Assembly (NCBI GenBank): GCA_964536515.1
Contig: CAZHXI010000002.1
Span: 60,908-124,907 of the forward strand
Direction: 5' to 3'
Source: an uncultured Gammaproteobacteria bacterium
Lineage (GTDB): Bacteria > Patescibacteriota > Patescibacteriia > CAYZDG01
Length of the DNA: 64,000 nucleotides
The notes beneath the pieces are model-generated. The model worked only from the letters and a program-made list of their open reading frames with translations, made no database searches and was not told the origin of the DNA. The position numbers and the translations under genes were made by a program. Every line of letters begins with the position of its first letter. The stretch's first letter is position 1. Below, piece by piece: positions 1-10,100 of the stretch.

Positions 1-872
1 CGGTACAGACGCATGGCCCGCAGCGCACGGGAGTGATCTGGTCCACGATTATCGGCCACGTAGCGTACCAACGCTGCCTCCAGCGGCGGGTTGTACAGGG
101 CCATAAAGTTTATGAACCGTGCCCACCCCTCGTACCTGCAGCCAAAGCGCAGCGCGGAGTGGTCCAGCAGGTATATGTTGTGGCCGCTCACGCGCAGGTT
201 GTGCGGCACCAGGTCCCAGTGCGTGAGGAACCCCGAGTAACGATCTACCACGTCACGACTCTCCTCCAGGGCCCGGCAGGCAACGTCAATGCTGGCGGCA
301 ACCAGCTGGTCGCCCCCCAGGCCGGCTAGCTCGCGGCGCCTGCTGCCGAGGTCTGCAAGGTAGGTACCCGCCGACCACATTCCCAGCGTGCTACGGACGT
401 CACGGCGGTGGCCGTAGGTGGTGGCGTGCACGCCCTCCAGCCCCTCGAATGCCTTCAGCGCCAAGAAGAACTGCTCCTCCAGCGGCCGCGCCAGGAAGGT
501 GCTCCCCTGCTCTATGAACTCAGTCACCAGCAGCCGCAGGCTGCCGCGCCGCTCGTCCACCAGCACCGGCGGCGACAGGAAAACGTGGTACGAGAAGTTC
601 AGCTGCTCCAGAACCCTGCGGTATGCCAGCTCACGCTCGATCTCGGCAACGCCGTCGCGGTCGCTGCTCGCCTTAATAATTACCCGCCGCTGGTCAGCGG
701 AGCGTCGGCCGACGAGCACCAGCTTGCGGCCAGCCGTCAGGTAGCGCTCACCGCCCAGGTGCACCTGCTCTTCCTCCAGCTGGTAGCCGAGCTCGTCAAG
801 AACCGGCTGTAGCCGGACTAGCTCGGCGTTACGGTACTCGGCCCAGGCAGCAGCAGCTCCTACGTGCTTCAT
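1..872 (-). CDS. Phosphotransferase/kinase-like protein (APH/CotS/choline-kinase fold), partial: runs off window start
   Basis: Minus-strand frame is open from ATG at 872-870 (in an ATGA overlap with the stop of the upstream gene) down to position 1 with no stop. It is absent from the supplied ORF track, presumably because no in-window stop exists. My manual translation contains kinase catalytic-loop-like HWDLVPHNLRVSG and LLDHSALRFGCRYEGW motifs. Confidence 0.5.
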   Translation of the reverse strand, partial: MKHVGAAAAWAEYRNAELVRLQPVLDELGYQLEEEQVHLGGERYLTAGRKLVLVGRRSADQRRVIIKASSDRDGVAEIERELAYRRVLEQLNFSYHVFLSPPVLVDERRGSLRLLVTEFIEQGSTFLARPLEEQFFLALKAFEGLEGVHATTYGHRRDVRSTLGMWSAGTYLADLGSRRRELAGLGGDQLVAASIDVACRALEESRDVVDRYSGFLTHWDLVPHNLRVSGHNIYLLDHSALRFGCRYEGWARFINFMALYNPPLEAALVRYVADNRGPDHSRALRAMRLY

Positions 873-1753
873 GCCAGTAGCTTAACCAGCGTCGGAACGT
901 AGTCGCCCCAGCTCGGCGCAGGCAGGAAATCCGCACTTCCATCAGTAGCGGCGACGCTGCACCCAGCGGCCGCCCCGGCACGGGCAGCAGCCTCCCCCGC
1001 CTCGTCATCGAGGTCCACGACGCACGTTGCAGCCTGGCGCAGCAGGTACCACTCCTCGGCAGCAGACACACGGCCGAGGAATTCAACGCTCGGATTCTTG
1101 GCCGCTGCCCCATCGTCCGTGTACTCACCCATCACCCGTAGTCGCCGGCCATTTGCCAGATTGTCCATTGCGTAGCGGACGGCGGCGAACGACGAGTGCG
1201 GCGGCACCACGGTCAGCTTCGGATCACGCTGGGGCTGGAACGGCAGAACCTGGTCCGGCGACAGCGGCGGCGGACAGACGGCAATCTTTTCAGGCGCTAC
1301 CCCGTAGCGCTCACGGCAGACACGCTCCATAAACCGTGACGGCACCACTACACGTGCCGCCGCACGCAGTGTGGCAGACTGGCTGCGCAGCCTGGGGCCC
1401 GGTACGCCAGCCAGCTCGTCCGCAACGAAGTTAATCGTAACCGGAATCCGCCGCAGCCTGCCCACGAAGGTAGACGGCACGCCCGCCGCCAACGCCCGCT
1501 GGCTGTAGATCGCCGACGCACCGGAGCTGGCTAGCAGCAGCTTCCAGGCAAAGGCTACCAGGCGGAGCAGCAGGGGCATCCGCTTGCTCACCGTGACAAC
1601 CCGGACGCCGGGCGTAGGCTCGGCCTGGTTGGCGTACGCGACCACGGTTACGACGTGCCCGGCAGCTACCAGCTGCAGCGCCAGCTGGCGTATGTAGGTA
1701 GCCGGTTCGCCCTGCTCGGGCGGGTACAGCGGCGTAGCAATTACCACCTTCAT
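869..1753 (-). CDS. Glycosyltransferase, GT-B fold (GT4-like)
   Basis: N-terminus MKVVIATPLYPPEQGEP and C-terminal E..G-rich EAGEAAARAGAAAGCSVAATDGS resemble GT4 nucleotide-sugar binding. The track start at 1801 is over-extended: Met at 1753 lies just downstream of the hairpin at 1781-1814. Confidence 0.55.
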   Translation of the reverse strand: MKVVIATPLYPPEQGEPATYIRQLALQLVAAGHVVTVVAYANQAEPTPGVRVVTVSKRMPLLLRLVAFAWKLLLASSGASAIYSQRALAAGVPSTFVGRLRRIPVTINFVADELAGVPGPRLRSQSATLRAAARVVVPSRFMERVCRERYGVAPEKIAVCPPPLSPDQVLPFQPQRDPKLTVVPPHSSFAAVRYAMDNLANGRRLRVMGEYTDDGAAAKNPSVEFLGRVSAAEEWYLLRQAATCVVDLDDEAGEAAARAGAAAGCSVAATDGSADFLPAPSWGDYVPTLVKLLA

Positions 1754-1780
1754 AGGTGCTAACCGTGCCATTTTTCGCAC

Positions 1781-1814
1781 AAAAAAACAACCCCGTACCA
1801 CATTGGGTACGGGG
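1781..1814 (-). terminator. Intrinsic terminator for the NUDIX gene (hairpin ccccgtacc..ggtacgggg plus U-run on minus strand)
   Basis: GC stem 1791-1814 with A7 on the plus strand (U7 on minus) at 1781-1790, immediately downstream of the minus-strand stop at 1848. Confidence 0.55.
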
Positions 1815-1847
1815 CTTCATCGTTGCTCGTTGCCTAGCTACCATTGA

Positions 1848-2885
1848 TCACATAATTCTCTGATTCGGCCACTGGATGAAAACCTCACCCTTGGGCACGT
1901 TCAGCGAAACTGCCGTGGCGAAAATCTTTGCGTACATATCTCGGCAGTCCGGGGTGCGGACCCAGTCGAGGAACTCTGTCCACGGCATTGCCACGACCTC
2001 GGAGATGCCCTCGCCGGGGTTCGTGTAGCCCGCCACATGCTGCAGGCCGGTAACCACCAGCAGATTGATGGGATCGCTGCTCACTCCGTCATCGGTAAAG
2101 TGCTTGCCCAGGTCGTAAACCTGGCAGCCTGAATTCAGCTCGCTTCCCGTCTCGTCCTTCAGCTCGGCGGCCAGCACATCCAGCAGCGTCGGCAGGTCTT
2201 CTCCCCCGCTGGGGCACATCGGCAAGCTCTCTCCACGGCTGCGACGGTACTCATACACCAGAAGCACACTGGGCTCCACTCCGGGCCTTAGCTCGGTCAG
2301 CGCCAGGCACCGCATCACGTGCCGATGGGTGTAGAAGCGAAGGGTCTTCGTCGTCTGCGCAACGTGGGCCGAGGGTATGACGCCGTACCTAACGAACACG
2401 AATGATTTGCTCCACTCGACAGCCTTAATACCGTCGAACTGAACCTCGCCACGCTCTATGCTGCCAGTTTTTGCATCCAGTGGCCTAAGAATCTTATCTA
2501 CCAGATGAGGCGGAAGCTTCTCAGCCAGTTGGCTGACCGATGGGCTGTTCAACCGCTGGCGGCCATCGTAGAATCGCTCGTGATTTGTTTCCCTTTCCCC
2601 CATCCGGCAACGCGTGCTACTACCCATCCAAGACCTGCTGACGAGCAGGTACTTTCGACCGCCCACCTTGGTAAGGTACTCAAACTCTGCCAATTCCAAA
2701 GTAGGAGAGTGCAGAACTGCTACCGGCGCACCGAGTAGGTGCGACATTCGAGCTACCTCATGTCTCACGGCAGCGTTATCACCGAGCGATCTGCGTATGC
2801 GAATAACGTCATCGGGTGTCGGCTGCTCTATTCGCTGAACCAACTCCGAGATTTGCGTAACTCTTGCTGGATCCACAATTGCCAA
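1848..2885 (-). CDS. NUDIX-hydrolase domain protein with ~200-aa N-terminal domain of unknown function
   Basis: Nudix box GGEDLPTLLDVLAAELKDETGSE (GX5EX7REUXEEXGU pattern) in the C-terminal half. Confidence 0.5.
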   Translation of the reverse strand: MAIVDPARVTQISELVQRIEQPTPDDVIRIRRSLGDNAAVRHEVARMSHLLGAPVAVLHSPTLELAEFEYLTKVGGRKYLLVSRSWMGSSTRCRMGERETNHERFYDGRQRLNSPSVSQLAEKLPPHLVDKILRPLDAKTGSIERGEVQFDGIKAVEWSKSFVFVRYGVIPSAHVAQTTKTLRFYTHRHVMRCLALTELRPGVEPSVLLVYEYRRSRGESLPMCPSGGEDLPTLLDVLAAELKDETGSELNSGCQVYDLGKHFTDDGVSSDPINLLVVTGLQHVAGYTNPGEGISEVVAMPWTEFLDWVRTPDCRDMYAKIFATAVSLNVPKGEVFIQWPNQRIM

Positions 2886-2960
2886 CCTTCCTCCGTGTCT
2901 CCACGGTCTATTTGTATCTGAATTATCAACTTGCGGAATGAAAGAAAATTACATATATTT

Positions 2961-4145
2961 ATGCAAATGTCAAGCGATAAGCAACGAATCCTCTTCGTCA
3001 TTACCCAGGGCCACTGGGGCGGAGCCCAGCGCTACGTGTTCGATTTGGCACGGAACTTTACAGCCAATGGCCATCGGGTCGAAGTTGCCGTTGGAGATCA
3101 GCCCGGCCAACGTCTGCAGCAGCAGCTAGAAACGGCTGGCATTACGGTTCACCAGCTCAGGCACCTTGTTCGCCCGGTCAGCCCGGCGCAGGATTTTCTA
3201 GCGGTGCTCGAGCTGCGGAAGCTCATTGGCTCCGGTCGCTACGACGTAGTTCACCTGAACAGCTCCAAGGCGGGAGTGGTGGGATCAATCGCCGCTTCTA
3301 CGATCGGACGGAAATCTAGGCCCAAGATTGTGTACACGGCGCACGGCTGGGTCTTTGTGGAGCCGCTCTCCCCCGCCCGACGGTGGATGTACCGAACAAT
3401 GGAGGCTGCAACCGCCGCGGCTAAGGATGCCATTATCTGCGTCAGCCAGCAGAGCAAAGACGATGCGCTGACGGCCCACGTGGGCAAGCCGGAGCAGATG
3501 GAGGTCATCCCCATTGGCCTGGACCGTGCAGACCTTACGTTCATGCCCCGCGACGAGGCTCGAGCCGAGCTGTGCCGCCTCGCGGGAATCTCAGACAGCC
3601 CCGAAACTAGGCTCGCCGTTACGATCGCCAACTACTACGCCACCAAGGGCATAGACCTACTGCTGGCTGCCTGGCCGCGCGTGCTAGAGAAGCATCCAGA
3701 CGCCCACGCGATCGTCCTCGGCGACGGCCCACTAGCCGCAGACCTGCAACGGCAGCTAGCTAGCGCGGGCATTGCAGAACGGTTCCACCTGCCAGGCGCG
3801 GTGCCGGACGCCTACCGCCTGCTACTCGGCGCCGACCTCTTCGTCCTCCCGTCCCGCAAGGAAGGCCTGCCGTACGCCCTGCTGGAGGCGCAGGCGGCCG
3901 GGCTGCCGATAGTCGCCAGCGAAGTCGGCGGCGTCCCCGCTGCCCTAGCCAACGGCCGAGCTGGCCTACTGGTGCCGCCCGGCGCCCCCGGCGACATTGC
4001 CGCCGCCGTTGCCTCGCTGCTGGATGACCCCAGCCTGGGGCAGCGCCTGGCTACCGCGGCACGCAGCAGCCACACCCTGGCCAACATGGCCGAGGCAACC
4101 CTGGCCTGCTACGCCGGACGGCGGCAGGAGAACATTAGGCCGTAG
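2961..4145 (+). CDS. Glycosyltransferase family 4 (GT-B)
   Basis: EGLPYALLEAQAAGLPIVASEVGGVPAAL matches the GT4 EX7E motif region. N-terminus ILFVITQGHWGGAQRY is GT4-like. An AT-rich promoter region lies upstream (2880-2960). Start chosen at an internal Met. Confidence 0.7.
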   Translation: MQMSSDKQRILFVITQGHWGGAQRYVFDLARNFTANGHRVEVAVGDQPGQRLQQQLETAGITVHQLRHLVRPVSPAQDFLAVLELRKLIGSGRYDVVHLNSSKAGVVGSIAASTIGRKSRPKIVYTAHGWVFVEPLSPARRWMYRTMEAATAAAKDAIICVSQQSKDDALTAHVGKPEQMEVIPIGLDRADLTFMPRDEARAELCRLAGISDSPETRLAVTIANYYATKGIDLLLAAWPRVLEKHPDAHAIVLGDGPLAADLQRQLASAGIAERFHLPGAVPDAYRLLLGADLFVLPSRKEGLPYALLEAQAAGLPIVASEVGGVPAALANGRAGLLVPPGAPGDIAAAVASLLDDPSLGQRLATAARSSHTLANMAEATLACYAGRRQENIRP

Positions 4146-4759
4146 GCCACGCGCTGCGGCCCCACCAGCCTCGCCAGCCAGCGGAGGCGTGGCGACACAA
4201 TGAACTCGAACCGCACGTCGCCGAAGCGGTGCTGCAGCAGCGTGCGGAACTCCTCGAACGTGAAGTGGTTGATGTGGGTTGGATCCTCGAGGGGCGTGCC
4301 GCGCTTGCGGCCTACCAGCAGCCGCAGCCGGCTCTGCCAGCTGAACGCGTGCGGCACGGTGCCCGCCAGAATGCCGCCGGGCTTGAGGCTGTCGTGCAGC
4401 TTCTGCAGCACCGTGGCTGGGTAGTACAGGTGCTCCAGAACCTCGGCGGCTACGGCGGCGTCGAAGCTACCCGGCTCCACCCCCCAGTCCCCGTTCAGGT
4501 CTACCTGGCGCACGTCTATACCCAGCTGGCTGCGGGCAATCTCCAGCGCATCGGCGTCTATGTCGAGCCCCAGAACCCTGTTGCCGGGAACGAAGAATGA
4601 GGTGAGCGCGCCGTCGCGGCAGCCGATATCCAGAATCCGCTTGCCAGACCCCACGGCCTTGGCCAGGAACGCGCCGCGTACCTGGCCCAGCAGCACGAAT
4701 CCCCTGCCTCGGCGCTGGAGGTGGTGGCCGCTGTAGACCTGCTCCAAGCTGCCAGCCAT
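4109..4759 (-). CDS. Class I SAM-dependent methyltransferase
   Basis: Motif I ILDIGCRDGALTSF and motif II-like region: methyltransferase type 11/12 fold. Confidence 0.6.
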   Translation of the reverse strand: MAGSLEQVYSGHHLQRRGRGFVLLGQVRGAFLAKAVGSGKRILDIGCRDGALTSFFVPGNRVLGLDIDADALEIARSQLGIDVRQVDLNGDWGVEPGSFDAAVAAEVLEHLYYPATVLQKLHDSLKPGGILAGTVPHAFSWQSRLRLLVGRKRGTPLEDPTHINHFTFEEFRTLLQHRFGDVRFEFIVSPRLRWLARLVGPQRVAYGLMFSCRRPA

Positions 4760-4762
4760 GGC

Positions 4763-7081
4763 CTAGCGCCGCCTCCTTGCTGCCGCTGCCTGCTGCTGCT
4801 TGATCTCGGCGATCAGCGCGTCTGCCTCCTCGCGGTAGCGCGGCTCCAGACGTGCGGCTTCCTCGGCGGCGGCAATTGCCTGGTCGTACTCCTCCGTCTT
4901 CTGGTGGGCCAGCGCCAGCGAGCCCCACACCTCTGCCCTGCTCGGGCTAAGGGTAACGATTCGGCGGTAGGTATCCACCAGCTTGGGCCAGTCCTCTGCC
5001 TTGATGTACAGGTCTACCAGGCGCTGCAGGTTGTAGCCCTGCCCGTACACCTGCTCGGCGAACGCTGGATCCTCCATGGCGTGCTCCATCAGCTTGCGCC
5101 CCTCCTCCAGCTGGCCGGCGCGAACCAGCACGGTGCCCAGCGTCCACTCGGTGAACGGCACGCCCGGGGTTAGCTCCACCATCTTGCGGTACAGCGCCAC
5201 CGTATCCTCCGTGCGGCCCATGGCTCCCAGGTACAGCCCCTCGTCCAGCATCAGCTCTATGCGTTCCGGCGACTTGCCGCGCGCCTCCTGGATAATGGCC
5301 AACGCCTTCTGGTACGCGCCTGGGTCCTTGGCCATCTCGCCGCGGATAGCCACCACCTTGGCGTACTGCAGCGCCGTCTGCAGGTCGTACGGGTAGGCCT
5401 CGTACGCCTCACGAAGCTTGTCCTCGGCAAACTTCAGAGCCTCATCGCGTAGCGCATCGTTGCCATCGAAGTGGCCGGCCTGGACGTGCGCCATCATCGA
5501 GGCCGCAACCTGCCGGGGCACCTCCTGGCCGCCGGTTCCCAGGGGCGAGCTGTAGATGACGTCGCGGAACAGGGCGAGTTGGTCGGGAATCGCTGCCGCA
5601 TCGCGGTCGAAGTACTTGCTGGCGATAATGGCACGGCTAACCTGGTTGGTGCGGTAGTTAATGGGCAGGGCGTACAGCAGCATTGCCGCGGCGTACACCG
5701 CAGCCAGGGCGGCGAGCCACCCGTAGCGGCTGTCGGAGGGCTGCTCGGGAGACGCAGCCTCTCGCGGCTGGAAGCTAGCCAGCGCGCCGCCGAGCACCGC
5801 CAGCATCAGCCAGACCACCAGTACGTCGAACAGGAATAGGTTCTGCAGCACGTACGCCACCAGCACGCCGACGCCGACGAGTCCCAACGCCCTGGTTGCG
5901 GGCGTCCGCGCCGCACGCCAGGCCAGCAGCAGCAAGCCGACCACGAACACCAGCCAGGCAGCCAAGCCGACCGCACCCTGCGTGGTCCAAATGTCGAGGA
6001 CAATGTTGTGGGCGTGGTCGAACCAGGTCTCGCTGTTCGGGCCCTGGTAGTGCTTGGGGTTGAAGTGCTGGTTGAACGGCACCGGGAACTGCTCGGGGCC
6101 CCAGCCCAGCAGCGGCCGCTCCTGGATGCCCTGCCAGGCCGAGTTCCAGGTGTAGAAGCGGGTCTTAGCCGTGCTCGCCGTAGGGCTAATATCGGCGAAG
6201 CGCCGCAGCAGGCTGCTGGACTGCACCACCGCAGAGTCTTTGAATACAACCATCAGCAACGGCAGCGCCACGGCCAGGCCAGCCACTACGCCCACAATCC
6301 AGCGCAGCCTTTGGCTAGGCTGGGCCACACCCTCCGTAGGCTTACGGGTCAGCCACAGCCAGGCCACGGCAACGACCGGCAGGCTGGCGAACAGGCCGAG
6401 CATGGCGCCACGGGTGAGGGTGAGCACGAAGGTAACGAGCTGCAGGGCCAGAATGGGCATCCAGAGCCAGCGTCGCTTGTTGGCCCAGTCACGCACCAGC
6501 AGGTAGGCGGCGAACGCCATCTGGAACAGCAGCAGGGCGCCGACGTAGGCCGGGTTGCCGATGCGCGAGCTAATGCGGTCGCGGCCAGCCTCCACCGTCC
6601 AGGTGGCACCGGCCCGCTGCGCCAAGCCGTACAGGCTCAGCAGCACGCTCACACCCACAGCCCAGCGCAGGATCTTCACCCAGTCCTCCCGCCGGAACAG
6701 AGCCGGCAGCACCAGGAACACCGCCACGTAGTGGAAGGTGGTGAATACCCCCTCCATGCGCTCGAAGGTACCGAAGAAGCTGGTGTGCCAGTCCATGCCC
6801 ACGGCAGCGCTCAGGATAGCCGAGCCGAGGTACGCAATGACGCCCCAGGCAGCCAGGGTGAACTTGGGTCGGTACCGTGTGGGGTTTGCCGCCAGCAGGC
6901 CCAGGTACACCAGCACCAGCAGCTCTACCAGCACGCGGAACGTCACGTACTTTGGCACAATGAACGGGAAGAAGTAGCCGTTGCCCACGATTAGCGGGAT
7001 GCACAGCATGGCGTAGACCAGCCAACGGCTGGCCACCAGCAGGCCTCCCTCGTACTTACGAATGGTTTGGAGGATGGTCAT
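4763..7081 (-). CDS. Polytopic membrane protein with O-antigen-ligase (Wzy_C)-like domain and C-terminal TPR repeats
   Basis: About 10 hydrophobic helices in the N-terminal 430 aa. The C-terminal ~300 aa are TPR-like (AYEAYPYDLQTALQYAKV.., AIAAAEEAARLEP). Confidence 0.6.
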   Translation of the reverse strand: MTILQTIRKYEGGLLVASRWLVYAMLCIPLIVGNGYFFPFIVPKYVTFRVLVELLVLVYLGLLAANPTRYRPKFTLAAWGVIAYLGSAILSAAVGMDWHTSFFGTFERMEGVFTTFHYVAVFLVLPALFRREDWVKILRWAVGVSVLLSLYGLAQRAGATWTVEAGRDRISSRIGNPAYVGALLLFQMAFAAYLLVRDWANKRRWLWMPILALQLVTFVLTLTRGAMLGLFASLPVVAVAWLWLTRKPTEGVAQPSQRLRWIVGVVAGLAVALPLLMVVFKDSAVVQSSSLLRRFADISPTASTAKTRFYTWNSAWQGIQERPLLGWGPEQFPVPFNQHFNPKHYQGPNSETWFDHAHNIVLDIWTTQGAVGLAAWLVFVVGLLLLAWRAARTPATRALGLVGVGVLVAYVLQNLFLFDVLVVWLMLAVLGGALASFQPREAASPEQPSDSRYGWLAALAAVYAAAMLLYALPINYRTNQVSRAIIASKYFDRDAAAIPDQLALFRDVIYSSPLGTGGQEVPRQVAASMMAHVQAGHFDGNDALRDEALKFAEDKLREAYEAYPYDLQTALQYAKVVAIRGEMAKDPGAYQKALAIIQEARGKSPERIELMLDEGLYLGAMGRTEDTVALYRKMVELTPGVPFTEWTLGTVLVRAGQLEEGRKLMEHAMEDPAFAEQVYGQGYNLQRLVDLYIKAEDWPKLVDTYRRIVTLSPSRAEVWGSLALAHQKTEEYDQAIAAAEEAARLEPRYREEADALIAEIKQQQAAAARRRR

Positions 7082-7110
7082 AGGCCTAAAATACTACCCT
7101 ACTCCGCAGC

Positions 7111-7145
7111 GAAAAGACCACCCCCCGCCTTTCGGCGGGGGGTGG
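7111..7145 (-). terminator. Intrinsic terminator after the giant surface-protein gene
   Basis: 12-bp GC stem ccaccccccgcc/ggcggggggtgg with tttc loop. On the minus strand it is followed by UCUUUUC. Confidence 0.6.
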
Positions 7146-7193
7146 CTTTGGCTAACCTAGTTGGTCAGTCCAGATTCTACGTTCAGCCGAAGC

Positions 7194-10100
7194 TTACTGG
7201 TAGGTAACCTGGGCCGAGGTCACCGGGTAGCTGTCCGAAGCGTCCTGCTGGGCGCTGTAGAAGCCGCTGTAGCCAGCCGGGGTGAACTTGTACAGTACAC
7301 CGCCAGCGCTCCAGAGCCGAGTACCGCCGTTGCCGGTGGTGATCAGGGCGCTGTCGCTAGACGAGAAGCCCCTAGTACCGGTGGCCTGCACCTGGATGGA
7401 GCGGGTAGCCTGGCTGCTGCCGCTGTTGGCCGCTACGTTGGCGGTGTTAGCACGGATGCTGAACACGCGCGAGCCATAGGTGCCGCCGGTGGCCGCAGGA
7501 ACGACGGCATTCGACGCAGGCACCGTGAAGGTGGTGGTCGTAGCCGAGTTGGGACCGGCACCACAGGAAGCCAGGGTGGCGATGTTGGTACCGCCACACA
7601 GGGCTACCGCCGCAGCTGCCGAGGCCAGCTCGAGACCGTTGTCGTCGAACAGCTTGAAGGTGTGGACATAGTCCATAGCCGACGTGCTGGACGAGAAGCC
7701 ACCGGCATTGAAGCTGAAGCCTAGCTGGTTCAGCGTCATGCCGACCTGGCCGTAGTTGCGAACCTCGAAGCGGGCGATCTCATCGTTGATGCCACGGACG
7801 TGGTAGCTGCCTACCGGCAGGCTCACGATCACCGGGGCGGTGTCGATGTAGAGGTGCTTGTTAGTCTCCGCGGTAATGCCACCAGCCGACTGCAGAGTGG
7901 CCTGGATAGAGCTCGAGCTATTCGAGCGCAGATCGAGGTAAGTACTGCTATTGGACTTGATCTTAACCGAGAAAACAGTTGTAGAAGCACCGCTACCCGA
8001 GTTAGCGATGTTCGCCTTCACAGTCAGCACGCCTCCAAAGTCACGCAGGAAGGTAACCGGCGTGGCAAAGGTGAATAGTGCATCGCAGGTGGAAGAGGCT
8101 GCAGCGGTGCCGTAGGTCGAGCTGTCGAGGCCCGAGTCATACTGGTAGCAGTTGGTGCTGCCCAGCTGAGTGGTGCCATTGAACAGCTTGAAGCCCGTGA
8201 AGATACGAGTACCAGAGGCGTTCGGGGCAAGGCCCTCGTTAGCGCCAGTGGTAGAAGCGGTGATAGCCAGCTTGTGCAGGTGCACGTCCTCGTTCAAGAC
8301 CTCGAAGCGGAAGCTACCGACCTCAAAGTCCTGCGTGCCAGCCGTAGCGATCTTCGAGTTGTTGTTCGAGGTGCTCTCGAAGTAGGCGCGTACTGCGGCA
8401 GCAGCCATCGAGTTCATCTGGCCATTCACTGCGGTGGTCGGAGCCTCTACGGTGTTGTTAACCGCGGAACCAACAATGTGGTTGGCGGCCAGCTGGGCGT
8501 AGATGACCGTACCGTTCGCAATGGACGAATTGAAGTCCGCGCTAATACCCAGAATGCGGGTGCTGTTCTGGGGAATCGTCCACTGCATGGTGAACGAGTT
8601 CGATGTGGTAGCTACCGAGCTGCGAGTGCTACCGAGCTGCACCGGGGTGCCGCTGGTAATGTCCCACAGCTTCAGGTTAGTCAGCTGAGTCGGAACGTTC
8701 ACCGCGCCGGTACCAGCGAGGGTAACGTTGATGCTGTTAATCAGCACGTTGGCGCTACCGGCCGACTGGTTACCCAGTACGAAGGTTGCGAAAGTTGCAT
8801 TGTTCGTACCCGGAGCAACGCTATTCGGGTCAGAAGGCGTGGCGTGCTTGGTAACCGTGAGCGAAGTCGAGCCAATAGTCAGCTGACCGGCCTGCTGCCC
8901 CCCCGTGGCTACATTGGTGTAGTCCAGGCTGTTCAGCCGGCGCGCGTAGAAGTTACCCAGCTTGATCTGAATCGTATTGCCGCTGTGGGCATTATTCAGA
9001 AGACTACCCATCACCTTAATCGTCTTCATCTGGCCGGTAACCAGCGAGATGTAGTTACTGAACGAGGTCTGAGTCGTTAAGCCGGAGGTGTTGTAGGTAG
9101 TGGTCGCGTTCGCGGTACCAGTGTAGTACACCGTGCCGGTGTTCGCATCTACGATCGACAGGTTACCCGTGAAGTCGTAGAAATTGGCATTCTGCAAAGC
9201 GAACTTCTGAAGCTCCAGGTTCTCACCGTTAGCGGTGATGTCGAACCTGGCTAGCTCCACGTTATTCGCACCCAACGTCAAGTTACCCGACGGTGAAGCG
9301 GTGCTCTTGCTGATGGTCAGCTCGCCCTGCTTCATCTTGAAGTAACCGTTGGTCGAAATTTCTGAAGTCCAGGTACCCTCATCGCCATCCAGGGGAAGGA
9401 TGTTGGCACCGGTGGTCAGACCGCGCACCAGGACATCGTAGTCATTCTGGAGCTGCAGACGGAACCAGCGGTTGGCACCTCCCGTAGCATCCACCTTTAC
9501 GGTGAGGTTGCGGTTCTGGCCCTGCGGGATGGTGTAGGGGCTAGACATGGTTACCGTTACGTACCGGTTGGTGGCGCGGGCAGCGCTGCCCAGGGCTACG
9601 CCATCGGGGCCGTAGACGGTGAAGTTAGCGAGGTCGGTAGCCTCGTTGATGTCACCCTCTACGTAGAACGTAAGCTGGCGCACCTGTACATCCTCGCGAG
9701 AAGAAGTCTCAGAGAACTGGAACTTAGCAACCTCCATCTGGGTGTTGCCTACCTCCAGGTTACCATCAGCCGTCGAGGCGCTATTGCCAACGGTCGTCAG
9801 GCCGTCAACCTTCACGGCACCTACGCTGTTCGCGCCGTTAACCACGCTCATGGTGTTACCCATCAGCGGGAAGACGCCGTTAACAGACGGGGTATTTGTA
9901 AAGGTCAGATGGCTGGCGCCCGCTACCGAGAAATTCACGGTTGCGCTGTCAACCGAACCAGAAATATTGGCGGCAACCGTCACGCTGCGGGTCTGGCCAG
10001 CCGGAATGACGATCGGCTCGCCAGAGAAACCCACAGTTCCCATGCCGTCGCTGGTGAGCGCGGTAAGGATGCTGCCATGGCGGACACCGTTCTGGTCCCA

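Noticed and set aside
33-812. Plus-strand ORFs 33-329, 408-812 and 418-744 from the ORF track
   Set aside because: They lie antisense to a continuous minus-strand kinase-like reading frame (1-872). Composition-driven open frames are typical of GC-rich DNA.
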